Source: Escherichia phage EC.W14-3. From it: a stretch of 64,000 nt of DNA. Position 1 is the first letter of the stretch, and the number at the start of each line of letters is the position of its first letter. A model generated the notes under the pieces. That model worked only from the letters and a program-made list of their open reading frames with translations. It was not told the origin of the DNA and ran no database searches. The stretch lies in sequence record PP496998.1; one strand, written 5' to 3'. This document shows, piece by piece, positions 17,799 to 28,849 of this stretch. The position numbers and the translations under genes are program-made.

Positions 17799-20700
17799 TC
17801 ACTCCTTAGGTCGAACTCTTACACGGAGTCTCGATTGACGCTTACTGCGTTCAAGCTTCTCTGACAATGAGCCACGTTTAATCTTAGGCTTCCCTTCGTC
17901 ATTAAACTTCTCCAAGAACTGCAAGTACTCAGTACGATTTGTTGTCTTGTAAGAAGGAATCTTGATATCAGGGTTCTCTTCAATCACACGTCTCATCTTC
18001 GCTACATCATCCCTACCAAGCAACTTACTCTTAGCCTGTTCAGCTGTAGAACCAAAGATCTTCTCCAGTGCTCTGGATTTGTTACCACCTGCGGAAGAAG
18101 CACCAAGTTTAGCAATGGCAGAGTAATCATCAGCACTAAACCAAGCTACTGGATTATCACCATACTTCTTCTTGTTTTCAGCAGCAGTCTGCAATGCACG
18201 TACAAAGCGACGGTTGTTACCAGCCTTATCTGCACCATGAACCCTGTCTAAAACTTCAGCCACACTAGCTAATTCATCCAAGCTCTTCCCGCTTAAGAAA
18301 GCTTTCTCTACTTTATCAGCAAAGACCTCTTCCTGTTGTTTAATGCTTTCCAAGATATCAGAATTTGCTTGAGATTTTTCATCATCAGGTAGAGCAGAAC
18401 GAATCTTCTCCATCTCCAATTCTTCCTCTTGCAGTTTCTTAATATCAGAGTCAACCTTCTGAGCCTCCTCAATAGCCTTCCTAGTATCCGCATCCAAGTT
18501 ATCAAGCTTACCTTCAGTATCTCCAGTAACCTTAACAATCTCTTTCTCGATAGGAGTCATTGATTCGTACTTCTTAGCAAACTTCTCAACATCAGCTTCG
18601 ATACGAGAACGAGCATTCTGATGTTCAGTAGGAGTCATAGGTTTCTCAAGAAGTGCATAACGGTTGTCCATATAGGAACCAGCAAACGCTTCAGCATCCT
18701 CTCTAGATATGCCCTTATCTTCCATAGTACGCATCAGGCGGCGATGAATGTCATCACGTTGACGTTGTACTGCCATAAGATCATTCTCACGCTCTTGGGC
18801 CGCTTTAAGCTCTTCACTGCGCTTAACTCTCTTGTCCACATCAAACTTACGGTTCATCTCTTCCGCTTGCTCGTACATCTTGTTCCACTTGGCCTGACGA
18901 GCATCTTCCTCTGCATCAGTTAAACGACGCTGACGATCAAGGTAATCTGACTCGGCGTTGTGGATACGTTCAATGTAACTACGGAACTTCTCTGGAGGAA
19001 CTGGAGAGTTCTTGTCATGGTGAGCAGCCAACTGTTTCAATGTACGAGATTCCTGAGCCTCACGAACAGGTTTAGGTAAACCTTCCATCATCTTCTCAAT
19101 CTCACTCTTCTGAGCTGCAATAGCCTCTAAAGTTTTACGTTCATTCTCAACAGCAGCCTTAGCATCTGAACGAGCCTGAGCCTTTTTCCTGAGGGTAGCA
19201 AGACGTTCTTCACGAGCCTGTAAGTGCTTAGCAGCAGCTTCGTACTGAGAGTTCTTGTTAGCTTTGTTGAAGGCATTCACTTCTCTGTTGTAGGTGTTAA
19301 TAAACCCATCCCAAATATCCTTCATCTGACCAACTTCCAAAGCCTCTTCCCTACCAGCCTTCTCTGAAGATTTAAACTTCCCATCTACAAAGTCATTCAT
19401 CAGCTTACGCATAGCATCTTTCTGAGCAGGACGTAAAGGTTCTGAATCAATCAAAGCATCAATCTCAGACTGAAGCTCTTTCTTCTGATCAACCAGTTTA
19501 GGAGCATCTTTCTTATCGAAAGCTTTGTTCTCTTCTAGAGCTTGTTGGTACAGTCTATCAAACTCATCCTCACGCTGCTTCTGATACAACCTTTCAGCAC
19601 GACGTTTCAGACTATCCAAGTTAGTTACGTTCCCACCTAAACCTTTCTCTTCAGCACGTAATGCCTTAGTAGCAATGTCTTCTGGCAGACCACGTTCTTT
19701 AACCCATTCAGCAAAATTAGTTCGTACAGTGTTGTTCTTAGCAGTAGCAATACCTTGCTGAGAGGCCAGCTGGTTACGAGCCATTTCTTCATGACGTTCA
19801 GTGTTGATAGCATTATCTTCCTGACGAATACGACGCATCAGTTCCTTAGGATCGCCTTTATAAGCCAAGAAGTTTTCAGCAGTAGCTTTAGCTTTAGCAG
19901 CCTTAGAGTACAGAGAACGAGCAAAGCGTTCTGCACGATCTTTAGTAGCCTGACGAGCAGCACTAGACATAGCAGCTAAACGTTCTACACCACTTGCCGG
20001 TTTAACGTCCTGTACAGCTTCCTTAGGAGCTTTAGGAGCACGAGCAGGTAACGGCTCAGCTTTGACTGTTGGTTCCTCTACGGTTGGTTCTGGAGCCTGT
20101 GCGGCCTCTTCTTGAGCACGTTGCTGTTCCATTGCACGACGCTCCTCTAGAGGGTTACGAGCAGGGAGAGGTTCAGCCTGTGGAGCTTGTTCGACCGGAG
20201 CTTCTTGAGCTGCTGCTGCCTCTTCTTCAGCTCGACGCTGTTCAGCCTGACGGATAGCGCGTCTTTGCGCAACTAAATCACGAGCTGTGAGAGGGGTTTC
20301 TTGAGGAGTAGAAGAAGGAAGATTTTCTTCCGTCACAGTACTAGAAGAAGGCTCCCGAACCGGTTCGGTTTCCACGTCATTTTGCGTCTTAAATTTAATG
20401 TCATCAACAACTGGTTCTTCTTCCATCTTAGCACGAGCTTCATCAGCAGTAGATTTAGCACGAGCAACTTCCAAATCACCACGAGCCAGAGAGCGGATAG
20501 CTTCACTATTAGACTCTTGTTGCTTAACACGTTGAGAACGGGCACGCTGAGAAGAGAAGCGATTCAGAGCATATTTAGCAGCACCGAGAGTGTTCATCAC
20601 CAGACTAGGAGAAGAAGCCTCACGGAATCCATCATCAGTCAAGGAAGTCCAACCACGATCTTGGTTGCTCATGAATTTAGCTGTATTGTTCAGAGTATAA

Positions 20701-22220
20701 GCATCTTGAATAGGATTAAAACCTTCAGGCATACCTTTCAGTTTCTTCAACCCACCAATAGCTTTCTTCATCTCTGGAGAAACATTATCAGCCATCTTCT
20801 GTAGTTCAGCAGCTTTCTCTACAAAGTTATTAAAGTCTTCGCCATCACGAGCTTTGAATCGATTTGCTTCATTGTAGAAAGTCTTGTAAGCATCAATGAA
20901 ATCACGGTCGGCTTGTGTACGGTTCTTAATATCAATCGGACTACCAGTAAAATCACCAGAAGCTCGGAGAGAGGTTAATTCACGATCTAGATTATCTAGA
21001 ACATCTGTAAGAGCTTTCGTGTTGTCTTTGGTGTAGTCAGCCATTGCATCCTTCATAGCAACAGCCTGCTTCTGGTTGTGCTCGTTATCAGCGAATGCTT
21101 TACCACGAGTCTTAGCAGGAGAAGCTAAAGGGTTGAGGCCCGGAATGTTGGAATGTTCTTTCTGAATGGAAGCAGCTTTCTCAGCACGAGCTTGGTCAGT
21201 ATTAAGAATACGCTGAGCAGCAGGAGAGTCTACAGCAACAGCATCTGTAATACGGAATCCATTCTCATCCAGAAGGTTCAGAGCAGAAGCAGCGTTAGCA
21301 GTTTCAGCTTTAGAGTAAGCTTCTTTCAGTTCATCAATATTCTTAGCACTACGAATTAGTTCATCATCAGCAGCAATATCAGTCTTCGCATACTCTGGAG
21401 TGTTCTTGAAGACAGTAGAATCCGGACGGTTAATCAAACCATGAACCCCACCAACTGCACCACCGAATGCAGCACCCATAGCACCTTCTTCGATAGCACC
21501 TTCTAATACATTAGCAAAGGTTGTATCATCTCCATGCTTGTTCTGAGCTTCAGCAGCACCTACAAGAGCGCCACCTTTAGCACCAGCCACTGCGTTAGTA
21601 GCAACGTTCTGACCAATACGTCCAAGTGTGGACTCAGCTGTACCAACAGCGCCCGGAAGGATTCTCTGAGCCGCATAGTTAGCACCACCAACTAAGGCTG
21701 CATCTAGAATAGATTTATCTTCCCCCTCTTCAGGGGTTTGGTCTGCATATGCACGACCTGTCTCACGACCTGCGATGATAGCAGCAGCAGCCAATGGGTT
21801 AGCAACAGTCATACCAATATCACCAGCAACGCCAGCATACTGACCTACAGTTTTACCAATCCCATCCTCAATCTTATCCATACGTTCTTTCAGAAGATTC
21901 TGAGAGTTCTCTTGGATACGCTTACCATAACTAGTTTGTGCTCCAGCTAGATTCTCACCAATCTCAACTAAACCACCAATACCTTTAGCAGCACTAGCTG
22001 CAATATTTGCACCACCAGATTGAAGAGCATTTGACACACCTTGAGCAAACTCACCTATAGCACCACGTTCTTCTTGTTGTGGTTGTGCTACTGGCTGTTC
22101 CTCAGGAATAGAGCCACCTGCTGCCTTATATTGTTCTCTCATTTGAGCTTGTTGCTCCGGAGAGGCATTCAGATACGCAGGAGCTTTGGAAGCTTCTTCC
22201 CACGGTTTAATGTTAGCCAT
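17799..22220 (-). CDS. large internal virion / ejection protein (about 1473 aa)
   Basis: Gly/Ala-rich N-terminal region and long coiled-coil charged repeats; start set at MANIKPW with RBS AGGAGA, track start 22265 lies inside upstream motif. Confidence 0.55.
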   Translation of the reverse strand: MANIKPWEEASKAPAYLNASPEQQAQMREQYKAAGGSIPEEQPVAQPQQEERGAIGEFAQGVSNALQSGGANIAASAAKGIGGLVEIGENLAGAQTSYGKRIQENSQNLLKERMDKIEDGIGKTVGQYAGVAGDIGMTVANPLAAAAIIAGRETGRAYADQTPEEGEDKSILDAALVGGANYAAQRILPGAVGTAESTLGRIGQNVATNAVAGAKGGALVGAAEAQNKHGDDTTFANVLEGAIEEGAMGAAFGGAVGGVHGLINRPDSTVFKNTPEYAKTDIAADDELIRSAKNIDELKEAYSKAETANAASALNLLDENGFRITDAVAVDSPAAQRILNTDQARAEKAASIQKEHSNIPGLNPLASPAKTRGKAFADNEHNQKQAVAMKDAMADYTKDNTKALTDVLDNLDRELTSLRASGDFTGSPIDIKNRTQADRDFIDAYKTFYNEANRFKARDGEDFNNFVEKAAELQKMADNVSPEMKKAIGGLKKLKGMPEGFNPIQDAYTLNNTAKFMSNQDRGWTSLTDDGFREASSPSLVMNTLGAAKYALNRFSSQRARSQRVKQQESNSEAIRSLARGDLEVARAKSTADEARAKMEEEPVVDDIKFKTQNDVETEPVREPSSSTVTEENLPSSTPQETPLTARDLVAQRRAIRQAEQRRAEEEAAAAQEAPVEQAPQAEPLPARNPLEERRAMEQQRAQEEAAQAPEPTVEEPTVKAEPLPARAPKAPKEAVQDVKPASGVERLAAMSSAARQATKDRAERFARSLYSKAAKAKATAENFLAYKGDPKELMRRIRQEDNAINTERHEEMARNQLASQQGIATAKNNTVRTNFAEWVKERGLPEDIATKALRAEEKGLGGNVTNLDSLKRRAERLYQKQREDEFDRLYQQALEENKAFDKKDAPKLVDQKKELQSEIDALIDSEPLRPAQKDAMRKLMNDFVDGKFKSSEKAGREEALEVGQMKDIWDGFINTYNREVNAFNKANKNSQYEAAAKHLQAREERLATLRKKAQARSDAKAAVENERKTLEAIAAQKSEIEKMMEGLPKPVREAQESRTLKQLAAHHDKNSPVPPEKFRSYIERIHNAESDYLDRQRRLTDAEEDARQAKWNKMYEQAEEMNRKFDVDKRVKRSEELKAAQERENDLMAVQRQRDDIHRRLMRTMEDKGISREDAEAFAGSYMDNRYALLEKPMTPTEHQNARSRIEADVEKFAKKYESMTPIEKEIVKVTGDTEGKLDNLDADTRKAIEEAQKVDSDIKKLQEEELEMEKIRSALPDDEKSQANSDILESIKQQEEVFADKVEKAFLSGKSLDELASVAEVLDRVHGADKAGNNRRFVRALQTAAENKKKYGDNPVAWFSADDYSAIAKLGASSAGGNKSRALEKIFGSTAEQAKSKLLGRDDVAKMRRVIEENPDIKIPSYKTTNRTEYLQFLEKFNDEGKPKIKRGSLSEKLERSKRQSRLRVRVRPKE

Positions 22221-22258
22221 AACGTCTCCTTTTATAAATAAAAATGTCCTACCCCCTA

Positions 22259-22267
22259 TATACATTA
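22259..22267 (-). promoter_or_regulatory. TAATGTATA promoter-like motif (minus strand)
   Basis: reverse complement of tatacatta; 39 nt upstream of ATG 22220. Confidence 0.4.
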
Positions 22268-22287
22268 TAGAAGGCAGGACTTAGGTC

Positions 22288-23943
22288 TTATTGAGTAAAC
22301 CAGCTAGTGTCTTCGACAGCTGATAAAGCACCATTGAGCTTAGGATTGGTTGCTGCACCACCAACTGCTTCTTCTGCTTGTTCAGAGAAAACACCTAGAG
22401 GGTCATAGAAACCACCAGAAGGGATTGCACGGTTAACCAATGCAGTAGCTCTCTTCTTATCCATACCAGAACCGATGTAAGCTTCAATCGTAGCTCTCTT
22501 AGCATCAGCAACACCTTTCATTGCAGAGGTGTGACCAACGTTAGCTTGCTTACGAGCATAAGCAAGAGCAGAATCAGTAGGACGCCATCCAGATTTCAGT
22601 GCAAACTTGTTGCCAACACGAACGAAGATTGATGGGTCTTCTGCAAAGTGCCCCAAGTCTTCTTCGGTAAGAGAACGAGTAGCACCGATTTCAGCCCTTG
22701 CGGAGTTCATGATAGCCTGCATGTAAGCAGAACGAGCTGTCTGATAGTCTTTATCCTTAACAGCCTTATCAGCCAAATCCAAGTCTTTGTTAGACTGGTT
22801 AAACAGGCCACCTTTCTCTGCCCACTGCTTAGCAACCGTACCTTCAGCTGTATTCTGAGCAAGACGAACTTCTTTCGGGTTAAAGTTAAAACTCTGAGCA
22901 GCTTGTTCAGCACGTTCAGCCTTAACCTTATCACGATAACCAATCAACTCTTTCTGACGTTCAAAGTTCATGTTAGCTCTTTCTTCAGCGGCACGACGAG
23001 TTTCATCAGCACGCTCACGCATAGTTTGCTCTTGAATCTGTTGACGTCTATCCCATTCAGCATTTTGTCGTTCTTCACGAGCAGCATACAACGCTTCTTT
23101 CTGAGCAGGGTCTACAGCTCTCATCTTCAGTAGAGATGGGTCTCCGTTAGCAATAGCAGCTGCAATCGAGTCTTGAGAGAAGCCTTGTTCAATCAGAGCA
23201 TCACGGTTAGCTTCCAGTTGCTTCTTAGTCTCATCTTGATTAGCCATTCCCTGACCAATCTGGAAAGCTTCAATAGGAGACTTACCTGACATAATGGAAA
23301 GACCTACACCCATCAAACCTGTGTAGAAACTAGAGTTCTGATAGAATGGTTCTTTCTGTAGCTTGTTCCAAGCTTCCGAAGGGTCTTTAGCTTTCGCAAC
23401 TTGCAAGATATCATTGTTAACACGTTCCTGATCTTTAGCACGAGTAGCAGCAGCCATTCCATCACCAGTATCTTGTCCTTGAGCAAGAGTATTAATCACA
23501 CCTTGTGCCTGTTCCACCTGAGAAGGAGTAAACTCCATAGGACCAGCTTCTAACGGTTTAGTAGGAGGTGTTACCGGAAGAGGGTCACTAGGCATAAGCC
23601 CAGCATCCTGTAAACCTTGATCAGTGGATAGGTTAGGGTTAGACGCTACAGGGGCCGGTGCTCCAATATCAATACCTTGAAGACTTGTAGGAGTTCCTTG
23701 ATTCTGCTGTTCCATAAGACGTTGCTGGAATCCCGGATTAACCATAGCAGTCTGATCTTCTTCTGCCTGAGAGACAAGACCCGCAAGAGATGAAGGTACA
23801 GCAGGACGTTGATACATAGAAATATCTGCTGTCTGAGTTGGTCTAGCCATATAAGGAGAGGCCGAAGCCGCTCCCGGATTAACACCATAGAAAGTATTTC
23901 TCGGGTCACGACTTCTGACCTGAGCGTAAGTTGTCTGTTGCAT
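22288..23943 (-). CDS. internal virion protein (coiled-coil rich)
   Basis: 551 aa, RBS GGAGA, in structural operon. Confidence 0.5.
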   Translation of the reverse strand: MQQTTYAQVRSRDPRNTFYGVNPGAASASPYMARPTQTADISMYQRPAVPSSLAGLVSQAEEDQTAMVNPGFQQRLMEQQNQGTPTSLQGIDIGAPAPVASNPNLSTDQGLQDAGLMPSDPLPVTPPTKPLEAGPMEFTPSQVEQAQGVINTLAQGQDTGDGMAAATRAKDQERVNNDILQVAKAKDPSEAWNKLQKEPFYQNSSFYTGLMGVGLSIMSGKSPIEAFQIGQGMANQDETKKQLEANRDALIEQGFSQDSIAAAIANGDPSLLKMRAVDPAQKEALYAAREERQNAEWDRRQQIQEQTMRERADETRRAAEERANMNFERQKELIGYRDKVKAERAEQAAQSFNFNPKEVRLAQNTAEGTVAKQWAEKGGLFNQSNKDLDLADKAVKDKDYQTARSAYMQAIMNSARAEIGATRSLTEEDLGHFAEDPSIFVRVGNKFALKSGWRPTDSALAYARKQANVGHTSAMKGVADAKRATIEAYIGSGMDKKRATALVNRAIPSGGFYDPLGVFSEQAEEAVGGAATNPKLNGALSAVEDTSWFTQ

Positions 23944-23956
23944 ATTTATCTCCTAA

Positions 23957-24925
23957 TTAAGTACTAGCCAACCCACCGATTACACCCCCAGCTAATGCAC
24001 CCCAAGGCCCAAAGGAAGAGCCAGCTGCTGCACCACTCATAGCTCCACCAAGGAAACCACCTTTGCCACCAGATGTTTTAGTAGTTGTAGTTTGTCCGAG
24101 AGCACCGTTAAGTACACCTGCTGCACCGAGTTGGTTATTGATATCTTGCCATCCCCAATTAGCTGCGTTCTGAGCATTCTGGTAGGCATTATCATATTCA
24201 TTCTGTTGTTGCTGTTGTTGCTGCAACCCTGCATTCCATTGATTCATTATTTGCTGTTGAGACAAATTAGCACCCTGCTGACCTAGGTTAGAAAGGTTAG
24301 AACCAATATTAGAAAGACCAGAGAGAGCAGCTGCCTGATTCTGTCTATTACCAGAGAGGATGCTTTCAGCTTGGCTAATAGCCGAGTTATAGGCACTATT
24401 GGTAATATCTGTTGCTTGGCCTTGCATCTGATTCAGAGCATCACCTTGGGCAAAAGACTTAGCCATACGAGCACCTGAACCTTGTTGACCAGCAAACTGT
24501 TGAGCTAACTGAGGAAGAGCATTACGTGCCAAGTTCTGTTGAACCTGTTCATTATTAGCTGTAATGGCTGCTTGCACAGCGTCATCATCATACAGTTGAC
24601 CAGCGAGAGCACCAATCTGCTCTCCAGTAATCCCACCTTGTCCAGAGAGGCTCTGATAACCTTTATAGGCATTATCTAGATAACCCAAGCCTTGACCTGC
24701 TGCATCCATATACTGCTGTGAGAGAGTACCTAGAGCGCCAGATTGTGCTAGGTTGTTAAGTGCCTCTGTCTGATTGTTATTAAACCCTACATTGTCACGA
24801 TAAACATAATCCCCTGAACTAGTATTACCAATCTGTTGGTTAAGCTGGTCAATATACTGTTGAATGTATTCAGGGCGAATCATTTGGGAAGTAGTTTTAC
24901 TACCCCCGCCTCCGAAAAGTCCCAT
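23957..24925 (-). CDS. Q/N/G-rich virion protein (paralog 1)
   Basis: 322 aa; MGLFGGGGSKTT N-terminus, Gln/Asn-rich middle, Gly-rich hydrophobic C-terminus; RBS GGAGA. Confidence 0.5.
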   Translation of the reverse strand: MGLFGGGGSKTTSQMIRPEYIQQYIDQLNQQIGNTSSGDYVYRDNVGFNNNQTEALNNLAQSGALGTLSQQYMDAAGQGLGYLDNAYKGYQSLSGQGGITGEQIGALAGQLYDDDAVQAAITANNEQVQQNLARNALPQLAQQFAGQQGSGARMAKSFAQGDALNQMQGQATDITNSAYNSAISQAESILSGNRQNQAAALSGLSNIGSNLSNLGQQGANLSQQQIMNQWNAGLQQQQQQQNEYDNAYQNAQNAANWGWQDINNQLGAAGVLNGALGQTTTTKTSGGKGGFLGGAMSGAAAGSSFGPWGALAGGVIGGLAST

Positions 24926-24937
24926 ATCAAATCTCCT

Positions 24938-25990
24938 TTAGTTTGCTCCAAATGCCCCTAAGACACCACCTAAGATATTACTACCTGCTGTGGATAACCA
25001 GTTAGACTGACCTTTCTGTTGAGAAAGATTAGAACCACCAATCATAGGACCAGCCATTCCAGATTGCCCACCTGAGTTGTTATAGGAACTCCAAGCATTC
25101 TGAGTCTGTTGATTAGGAGAGAAAGCACCCATACGACCTGCAATACCTAATCCAGTGATACCAGCACCTAGGAGCTGTTGTCCAGTATTAACCCCCGGAG
25201 CAGCATTCTTAATCGTGTACCCAGCCATTGGGCTTACACTATTTAATACATTAAGTTGGTTGTTAAGCTGATTCCACCTATACTGTTGAGAGCCAATAGC
25301 GTTCTGCCAATTAATATCAGCTTGAGCTTGGGCTTGTTGCTGTTGTAGATTACCAGCCATGAGTTGATTCTGGATAGCTTGTTGAGTTGCCTGAACACCT
25401 TGAGCACCAAGATTGAGATTCTGTCCAGCCAATCCTGACTGAGCACCAAGTAAGCCCCTCTGGAAGTTTTGGTCTTGTTGAAGAGCACTGATTCCCATAT
25501 TCTTGCCACTGATAGTACGAGCTAAGTTTGTATTAGCACTGTTCAGAGCAGCACCTTGAGCAGCAGCTCTACGGAGAGAGCCTGAATCAGAACCATTTCC
25601 GAGGGATACATTGGAAGCTGCCTTACTAGTCGCTTGAGCAAGAGCTGAGTTATTCAATCCTTTACTAAAGTTATTAACACCATCAGCAGTTAGACCACCA
25701 CCATTGACAATATTCTGATACTGCTGTGCAAGAGAGTTTAATTGGTCCAACCCTTGCTGTGTACGAGGCGTGTACATATCAGCCAATTGCTTCTGAGTAG
25801 TAGAAGCTGCTAAGTTGTTCAGAGCACCCTGTTGGTTGCCATTAAACCCAGCCAGTTGTTGGGAGATGAATCCCGGATCGTTGTTCTGCATATTCTGAGC
25901 ATTAGCAACAATCTGCTTCAGCAGGGCATCAACCTGAGAGGAAGGGGCCACTGTGGTTTTGCTAGAAGCTGATTTTCCAAATAAAGACAT
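24938..25990 (-). CDS. Q/N/G-rich virion protein (paralog 2)
   Basis: 350 aa; MSLFGKSASSKTT N-terminus, shared GALNNLA motif and architecture with 23957-24925; RBS GGAGG. Confidence 0.5.
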   Translation of the reverse strand: MSLFGKSASSKTTVAPSSQVDALLKQIVANAQNMQNNDPGFISQQLAGFNGNQQGALNNLAASTTQKQLADMYTPRTQQGLDQLNSLAQQYQNIVNGGGLTADGVNNFSKGLNNSALAQATSKAASNVSLGNGSDSGSLRRAAAQGAALNSANTNLARTISGKNMGISALQQDQNFQRGLLGAQSGLAGQNLNLGAQGVQATQQAIQNQLMAGNLQQQQAQAQADINWQNAIGSQQYRWNQLNNQLNVLNSVSPMAGYTIKNAAPGVNTGQQLLGAGITGLGIAGRMGAFSPNQQTQNAWSSYNNSGGQSGMAGPMIGGSNLSQQKGQSNWLSTAGSNILGGVLGAFGAN

Positions 25991-26009
25991 AAGTCCTCCT
26001 TAAAGATTA

Positions 26010-26792
26010 TTACTTTACACCAATGCTAGCCAGACGTCTGAGCACTGCTTGTGTTTGTGGACTGTACTGAGAACCTGCTGCATGTGGTGCACTTGCCCTC
26101 TGAACTGTTTGAGAAGTGGGAGGTTTACCAGCAAGCATAGCAGCTACCCCTAATACTGCATTACCAAAGTTCTGTTGAGGTTTCTGATTTTCGCCTTCCT
26201 GCACTTCATCAGAGTAAAACTCTACTGGATTTCCACCTAAAGCACCTGTCTTAGAAGCAGCAATCTCTGCCTGAGTTGGAGCTTGTGCGGCCTTCTCTCT
26301 ATCTAACAAGTCAGGACTAAACTGATTGACTGGTTGAACAGCTTGCAAAGCTCCAACAGGGTTAGCAATCTGAGAAGCTGCATCACCATAGAAAGGAAGA
26401 AAGTGTTTATTGTTCATGGAGTCAAGAGCTTGTGGAGTAAACCCCTTTTTACCAGCGAACATTTGCTTAGCTCCACCGATACCTTCTGAATAACCAACCA
26501 TTGCTTTCTTAACATCACCATTAAAAGCTTTTAAGTTATCTCTTATGTAACGAGCGCCCATATCAATATTCTTTGCTGGGTCAAGTCTATCTTCTAGTTT
26601 GTAACCGTAATCTTTAGCCAACCCTTTACTGATCTGCATTAAACCTACAGGACCAGTTCCAGAGGCCACTGTAGGACGACCACTGGACTCTCTTTGGATG
26701 ACAGCATGAATCAAAGCAGCAGGAATCCCATACTTCTTTGAAGCTTGCTGTACCATTGGGTCTAGTTCTTCGATACCCATTCTGATTGCCAT
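26010..26792 (-). CDS. lytic transglycosylase (SLT domain), virion-associated
   Basis: AALIHAVIQRESSGRP...GPVGLMQISKGLAKDYGY SLT signature with catalytic Glu. Confidence 0.85.
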   Translation of the reverse strand: MAIRMGIEELDPMVQQASKKYGIPAALIHAVIQRESSGRPTVASGTGPVGLMQISKGLAKDYGYKLEDRLDPAKNIDMGARYIRDNLKAFNGDVKKAMVGYSEGIGGAKQMFAGKKGFTPQALDSMNNKHFLPFYGDAASQIANPVGALQAVQPVNQFSPDLLDREKAAQAPTQAEIAASKTGALGGNPVEFYSDEVQEGENQKPQQNFGNAVLGVAAMLAGKPPTSQTVQRASAPHAAGSQYSPQTQAVLRRLASIGVK

Positions 26793-26801
26793 AATATCTC
26801 C

Positions 26802-27836
26802 TTATTGTATACTCCTGAATATCTTTCTAGCATCTAATATTGGAATACTTAACCCGAGGGCACCACCCCCTCCTAAATCATATTGACTACTCCAAGAGTA
26901 AATCATCCTTCCGAAACCTGTACCGAAAGAAGAGCCATTCATCATGTGAGATCTTGTGTGTTGAAAATACCAACCACTAGCCTTGCCTCTTATTGCTCCT
27001 GCTCCGTAAGATAGTGGTATCATTGGATAGGCCAGAGATGTGTTACCGCCACTCATAGGCATAAATCCCTCAACACTAAAAGGGGTTCTATATGTAGAAA
27101 ATACACACTGAGACCCATTTGGAGAGAAGATATTTAAACCACCATTGTGGGTTGGTACTCCAGAACCATCACAGAAGACGGCAATTCTAACACCACCAAT
27201 GTATCCTGTTTGGTTTGTGTTACCATTATCATGAGACCTGTTCTGGTACACATAAACAACCCTATTGGATGGATTGTATAGCAGCCCTGCTCCACCGTTA
27301 CTCCAATTCGCGTAGACAGTTGCTCGGCTCATATCAAAACCACCAATATCTGGTATTTGAAGAGAACCATTTATGTCACCCTCCCAAGCCCAAATACATT
27401 GACCAACAACCCCAGAATCGGATATTGAGAAATAGTCAGCAGAGTTGGAGAATGTGATTCCATAATTCCTGTTAGCTCTAGGCCATATTTGATACACATT
27501 AAAAGCCATATCAAATACCCAACCGTTTACATTATAGTCCATAGTAACTCTGAAGGTTGAGTTATTAATAACAGATATATCCGTTATCCAATACACATCA
27601 GACGTTACGTTAGGAGGTATGTATCTCTCCCAAACAACAGACCCTGTTGGAACTACAACTATCTGACCACTACCATCCCAACCACTTATAGGCAAGTCAC
27701 AGGTATTTCCACTAAAAGAGAAATTCCCACTGACTCTATTTCTGAGTTGAGGGAATGTGCTACCACTATCGATGTAAATATCAGCAGGTGCCGCTGGACC
27801 CGGACCAACCGGGCGTGTCCATATTCCATATGCCAT
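26802..27836 (-). CDS. virion structural protein
   Basis: 344 aa, RBS GGGAG, in structural operon. Confidence 0.45.
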   Translation of the reverse strand: MAYGIWTRPVGPGPAAPADIYIDSGSTFPQLRNRVSGNFSFSGNTCDLPISGWDGSGQIVVVPTGSVVWERYIPPNVTSDVYWITDISVINNSTFRVTMDYNVNGWVFDMAFNVYQIWPRANRNYGITFSNSADYFSISDSGVVGQCIWAWEGDINGSLQIPDIGGFDMSRATVYANWSNGGAGLLYNPSNRVVYVYQNRSHDNGNTNQTGYIGGVRIAVFCDGSGVPTHNGGLNIFSPNGSQCVFSTYRTPFSVEGFMPMSGGNTSLAYPMIPLSYGAGAIRGKASGWYFQHTRSHMMNGSSFGTGFGRMIYSWSSQYDLGGGGALGLSIPILDARKIFRSIQ

Positions 27837-27837
27837 G

Positions 27838-28806
27838 TTACCAACTCCCTATTCTTATGCGAAGAGTTCCACTCCCATCATAAAAATCTATTCTATTACC
27901 ATTCATCCACAACTGAGAACCACCTGTACCACCCATAACAAAATCACCACCAACAGTAAGTCTCCAGTTAGAACCCCACATAGAACCAGCAGTGATTTTA
28001 TCCGCTGATAAGTTCTGAATCTGAGCATTGGAGATAGATACGTTATCAATCTGTGCCCATTGGATCCTAGCGTTGGCAATCTGAGCAGTTGTGATGTTGA
28101 CGTTCTTTATGTCAGCGAATTCCATCCTAGCTCGCCCACCCTCAAATACGAAGGGGGTATTCCCAGAGCTGCCATCACCAACAATAAATTTGTTAGCTGT
28201 TACTTGGAATTGACTGTTTGTTCCGTTGTTAGTTAACTTGACCCCAGCATATCTTCCGTTGACTGTAGAGTTAACACCCCACGTAGCTTCATACTCAGAG
28301 AGTTTCATATACTGAGAAAGGCTTCCGTTGATATTTTGCAGTTCTGTCTGAACAAGAGCAATCTCTTGACCTTGATCGTTAACAATACCTTCTACTGTCT
28401 GAATTTTAGTTGTGTTACCTTCGATGCTGGTCTTAAAACCAGATACAGTGCTTTCTAGCTTCACAGGGGGTTGAACAGAATTATCCCAAATGTCCTCAGT
28501 GGACAGGTTCCCCATCTGGGTTTGGATATCTGCAATAGCTGTTTCTATCTCTGTAGTAATTCTATTCTCAAGCTCATCAAATTGTAGATTCATTGCATTA
28601 AGAGCTTTAATACGAACATCAATCTCTTCGTGAATTTCATCTATAGCTTGGAACATTTGGTTAGTAGCTGTGCTAACTTTTTGTAATTCATCATACACGG
28701 CTACGTTATATGTTTCTGTGTCCTGTACATTATTGAGAAACCCAACGTTGTACGGGAGTGTGGTGTTGTTGCGACCAGTGTTCTTACGAAAACCACCTGC
28801 ACCCAT
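27838..28806 (-). CDS. virion structural protein
   Basis: start moved to MGAGGF (RBS GGAGG); track N-terminal extension would overlap a terminator hairpin. Confidence 0.45.
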   Translation of the reverse strand: MGAGGFRKNTGRNNTTLPYNVGFLNNVQDTETYNVAVYDELQKVSTATNQMFQAIDEIHEEIDVRIKALNAMNLQFDELENRITTEIETAIADIQTQMGNLSTEDIWDNSVQPPVKLESTVSGFKTSIEGNTTKIQTVEGIVNDQGQEIALVQTELQNINGSLSQYMKLSEYEATWGVNSTVNGRYAGVKLTNNGTNSQFQVTANKFIVGDGSSGNTPFVFEGGRARMEFADIKNVNITTAQIANARIQWAQIDNVSISNAQIQNLSADKITAGSMWGSNWRLTVGGDFVMGGTGGSQLWMNGNRIDFYDGSGTLRIRIGSW

Positions 28807-28818
28807 AAGTTCCTCCAA

Positions 28819-28845
28819 AACAATAAAAGGGGCACGAAGCCCCTT
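28819..28845 (-). terminator. intrinsic terminator/attenuator (minus strand)
   Basis: aaggggc-acgaa-gcccctt hairpin followed on minus strand by TTTTATTG. Confidence 0.5.
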
Positions 28846-28849
28846 GTTG

